A stretch of DNA of 63,245 nt, filler included, from Perkinsus chesapeaki ATCC PRA-425 (Eukaryota > Protista > Perkinsozoa), in assembly GCA_013115145.1 (NCBI GenBank). It is 5 parts of 5 records of this genome, joined end to end, with 100 filler letters (N's around TTAATTAATTAA, not from the genome) between each part and the next. Parts side by side here need not be neighbours in the genome. Positions count along the whole stretch, not along the records: positions 46,728 to 59,800 come from JAAPAO010000800.1; positions 59,901 to 63,245 come from JAAPAO010001427.1; 3 more parts are not named here. One strand, given 5' to 3'. The position numbers and the translations under genes were made by a program. Shown one piece after another: positions 59,371 through 63,245 of the stretch (the stretch's first letter is position 1; the number at the start of each line of letters is the position of its first letter). Below the pieces are notes generated by a model. The model did not search any database. It had not been told where the DNA came from and was given only the letters and a program-made list of their open reading frames with translations.

Positions 59371-59800
59371 ATGTCCCGAGTCGTCGTTTTGCTGAGTATC
59401 GTGTTGAGCCATTGCGAGAGGGGCAGGCTCACAAAGAAGGCGTTCAGCTCTCTGCATGCTGCCTCTGTGGTGGGCGGTATAACCTCGACCATTCAGACTG
59501 GAGCGGGTAAGGCTGCCCTATTACAGACATTTGTCCCAATGGGGGTTCCATGGCATATAGGGAATGCTCGCCATTATATTGGTTTTCACTCATTTTATTG
59601 GCCCGAGCTGAGGTGTGGGGTTCCCCAAAGTTACGTGAACTCCCAACTCGTGACTTGAGAAACGGACACCTTATCCGGTTCGCTGACACTGGACCATTCC
59701 TATCGCGCGAGCTATCTGTGCTGTATCGTTAGGTGAAGTGAAGTGGGAGGACCAGGCATCGTATTATGCTTACTATGACCGATGTGATTTGGGAACTACA
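59371..59800 (+). CDS. 5' part of a second secreted-protein gene sharing the EVKWEDQ exon
   Basis: Signal-like MSRVVVLLSIVLSHC; 59728-59800 is identical to 58211-58283; truncated by the contig end. Confidence 0.45.
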
Positions 59801-59900
59801 NNNNNNNNNNNNNNNNNNNNNNNNNNNNNNNNNNNNNNNNNNNNTTAATTAATTAANNNNNNNNNNNNNNNNNNNNNNNNNNNNNNNNNNNNNNNNNNNN
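59801..59900. other. Artificial contig linker
   Basis: 44N-TTAATTAATTAA-44N. Confidence 0.95.
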
Positions 59901-60399
59901 TACTCACTCATTCATTATGCCTGCATCCATCAACGAGTTGCGTCAAGAGAATGAACGGAACATCTTAACAGTGTTGCTCCTTTACGACTCCTCGGACCTC
60001 TCCTCTTTCGGCCCTCCTCCCAACTAGCTCCGGCAGATTAACAACTCAACTTAACAGAACACCCTCGTCCAGCCGTAGCAAACTGGTAAATACTTTCTAG
60101 AAAGACGTATAACGTTTTGGCTCAGCCCTTCATTCACTTCCTCAAGACCTTCGCTTTGATCCACCTACATCAAGTTGATACCGTATTGGCTAATCCTGGT
60201 GGGGGCCTACCCTGATTAAGCATTATAGGTCGGAGCGGAGCAGTCAACTTCCCCCGAAGCTTCTCCATTCCTCCAGACACTTTAACACCGCAGAAACAAA
60301 GAGTCTAGATGGCGCCAGTGGAACGCATCTCATCTGCGAGCTTACCTGGAAGAGCTCCTTGTCCTTCACCGTCGGCACGTCCTCAAGCAGGTGCGAGAA

Positions 60400-62280
60400 C
60401 CTGAGCAGACGGGGCGCTCCCCATTACGCAGCGACCCTCAGCCTCCTACTCGAACGTCCACGCCGGGGCCTGGGCCAGAGCCAATATGGATATGAGCAGG
60501 TAGCAGCAGAGCTTGTAGTTGCTGGTAACTGATAGATGCTCTTTCCACTATAGCCTAGTGAAAAAGAGCTCCTACCTGACATTCGCTTAACGCTAGGATT
60601 CTCGCCATTGAAGATGTACCATAGGGAGTTCGCCAACTGAAAGAAAAGAGGATTCCTTCAAGCCGTGATCACTGTGCAGCCTTACTGGCACGGGAACTCC
60701 CCAGGTGTTGGTTTCGTCAAAGGAGAGTCGATTCTCACGGCGAAGCTGAAAGAGAGATGGGGAAACCAATCATCGAATCCCTCAAATGCCTCCACCGAAT
60801 AGAGCAGCACGGGACGTTGCAGTGCTTGTCCACCGTTCTGCAGGCTATTCACACTGCAGACTTTCGTAGTAGGCGAATAAGGGACAATTGCACAATGTTC
60901 CAAGGCATAAGCCATTGAATCGTAATAAACTGACCTCCATTACTACCTGGAAGTGTCGCAGCAAGCCAATAACAATGACGAGACGTGAAGCGAAGTCATG
61001 AACCTTGTACGTGCGATTGGCCACAGGGCAAGTGGTGAATCTACCAGACACTTCCAGACAGGAACAAAGTACCTAGCCTACTGTCTGCCAAGCTCCACAA
61101 CAACTCTCGACGAGAAGGCCGGGTCCATTGTAGAGTTTGTGCACTTGTACCCAACTCGTCCTCTGAAACAGCGCCGCTTTCCTCAACCTCTGCATCCCCG
61201 CATTACCCTTGCTTCAACCACTCGCATAGCTCCCAGGGCAAATCACACTTCTGTACATCGGCCTTGCCAACCTAACAACACAATCGGGCAGCTGCTGCCG
61301 CCAAGCCCAGCCGTACCAGCTCCTTGGTGAACAGCTCCTGACTGAGATCGAAGACCTTGTTAACCTTGGACGTATGGGCATCAAAGGCTGGGAGGAACTC
61401 CTTCATCTGCTGGTAAACGCCTGAGCAGCCATGTCGGGGCAGGTCGGCCAATCCCAGCTACCCTTCGGTATGCCATCAGGTATCTCCTTCCTGGCCTTCT
61501 TCACCGGTGTCCCCTCCGACTTGAGCTCCTTCTTCAACTCCTCGTCGGAGCTGGTCGCCGCTTGTGAGAACTCGGAAAGTCTCTTCTGCAAAGTTTGCTT
61601 GGCTTGCCCGAAATTCTCGATACGATCGTCCGTGACTCTGTTCGCCAAGAAACCTAGACATTGCCCGGCCATTCCCTGGAGACCCCTCCCCTTAAACGAT
61701 ATTACTGTTGAGTTGCCGCTTCTTCTTAACCGGAGCAAACGTTGCAATAAGATCGCCACGCTTATCCGCCCAGCCAACTGAAAGCACAGAGTACGGAAGG
61801 CCATAGCAAAGCTCCCTCTGTTCCCCTGAGCCCCCGTATAGTACCCTCACTGGCCGAGGTAGACTTAGCCTTCTCCAATGCCCCAATAACCCCTTCGTGC
61901 TTGATATTTGTCGACACATCAAACGCTGATGCAGGGAAGATGTACCTGGTGTGTACAAGATAAACCCCATCTGCGTCTTTCGATGTTTTTCCAAACAGCC
62001 GTGTTGAACGCAATACTACCCCCGTTTGATAGAAGAAGTCCCAAGCCGCACAATCCGTACTACATTTTGCCGTCACGGCCTTTTCGTTTGACGCCCACTG
62101 CAAGCTTTGTAGGGCCACGAGGCTGCGGCTCTCCGACTAGCTGGACATTGCCATTTTCACGGTACCCACCAGCCAAACGAACCCTAAAGAGATAAATGGG
62201 TTTATCCCAGGTTAAGGATTCACTATGGGAAAACCCTTTAGTACCTCTCCTTTCCTCTCCGCTTGGTAGCCTCGACATTC
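60400..62280 (-). mobile_element. Decayed gag/protease-like retroelement remnant
   Basis: Long interrupted frames with helical charged segments, KRRCFRGRVGYKC (eroded zinc knuckle) and KCLVDS (retropepsin-like motif position). Many stops. Confidence 0.3.
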
Positions 62281-63245
62281 ATATAAAGGCCAGAGAGGAT
62301 CGAGTCATCAGGTCGTTGGCCCAAACACTGATAGAAAACACTGCTATACAACTCCAATATACGATGGCCAAGTTTGACACAGTCAGCTTAGATTACATTC
62401 CAAGTACAACAATCTGGACTGCCGAAATTCCACGCGGGTACGACAAGGAGCTAAAGCCTTTCAAAGTTTTACGTGAAGCGTTCTATCATAGAATTCACTA
62501 TCGGTGTCTCATAGAGCTACTAATAGATAGTGCACTCCTGACTCATTACCGCAATAGGCACCGACTCTCCAGCGGACGTCGACGGCACCACAGCCGTCAC
62601 TGGTGTTGATGACATATTAAGGAGTTCAGAGGAACTACAAGGACCCATGCTCATCCCAAAAATCCACACCTTCGTGTAGGACAGAACACCACACACAGCG
62701 TAGCCAAGTGAGCAAGCTCGCGATGCAAATGAGATTTAGCCTCAGAAGCCAATTTAGTTCGTCGTACTATCTTTGTAGCATGGGAGAGACTTAAGATACT
62801 CCGTGTTCCAATTCCTCACAAAATTCCCTCCTGATGACCAGCGACCATTGTACCTCATAGGGGACCGCAACAGCCCTCTGCGAGACGTAAGACATCTTCC
62901 AATAGCATTTGTGAGGTTGAATTGTTATCGGGGAGTTGCGGAAACAAGATGTCGGTTGGTATTTTGGCAGTCAAAAAGCCTCAGTGTTCTATAATTTTCA
63001 TGTAAGCCGGAACGAGTCTAATTTTTCGTATAGGCCGAGCCCTATTACCCACATTCCTCTACAATCTGGGATTTCACGCGCAGTGAGAACCACAGGCTGT
63101 GGTCCACAGCGAGTGTAGAGTGCACCGACTCAGCATAACCACAGGAGTCGGGTGTCGATTACAGTGGCGCGCGCTGTGAGAGCACGGGAAAGGAACAACG
63201 TAGGTTCCAATCTCGCTCGCCCAATAATCTGATCACTAAGATCTA

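Noticed and set aside
1-63245. Perkinsus/dinoflagellate spliced-leader sequence (ACCGTAGCCATCTTGGCTCAAG type) or its relics upstream of the intronless genes
   Set aside because: I looked by eye and found no convincing match, so retroposition of the intronless genes is not supported here.

Overview
Eukaryotic, intron-rich, gene-dense DNA from an alveolate protist, most likely Perkinsus or a close relative. This is an inference from short GT-AG introns mixed with intronless tandem genes and from apicomplexan-like VP1, L12 and Alba3 sequences. The window is not contiguous: four artificial 44N-TTAATTAATTAA-44N linkers join five pieces (1-10687, 10788-18890, 18991-46627, 46728-59800, 59901-63245), and there is one plain N gap at 43494-43589. 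Recognisable genes: a pepsin-like aspartyl protease, a multi-WW protein, an Alba3-like protein, three tandem Arg/Ser-rich paralogues, a U-box protein, two tandem H+-pyrophosphatases, mitochondrial-type L7/L12, a DHHC palmitoyltransferase, a partial kinase, a bromodomain-ET protein, PHO88/SND3, an M14 carboxypeptidase and tRNA-Ser(AGA). There are also decayed MULE, possible hAT, LINE and gag-like remnants. Most unusual signals: (1) a 3.6-kb tract packed with chained palindromes with 1-nt centres, including a before/after pair showing a templated inverted insertion; (2) two homologous 45-46-nt introns in the L12 gene that look like tRNA 3' halves and sit in AG|GT duplications (introner-like), alongside an intact tRNA inside a 137-nt intron and other tRNA relics; (3) an RRM-less SR-like gene cluster; (4) a Asp-to-Asn change at a catalytic-site position in one H+-PPase copy; (5) a bromodomain lacking the acetyl-lysine-binding Asn. 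All family calls come from motif recognition by eye; no searches were run.
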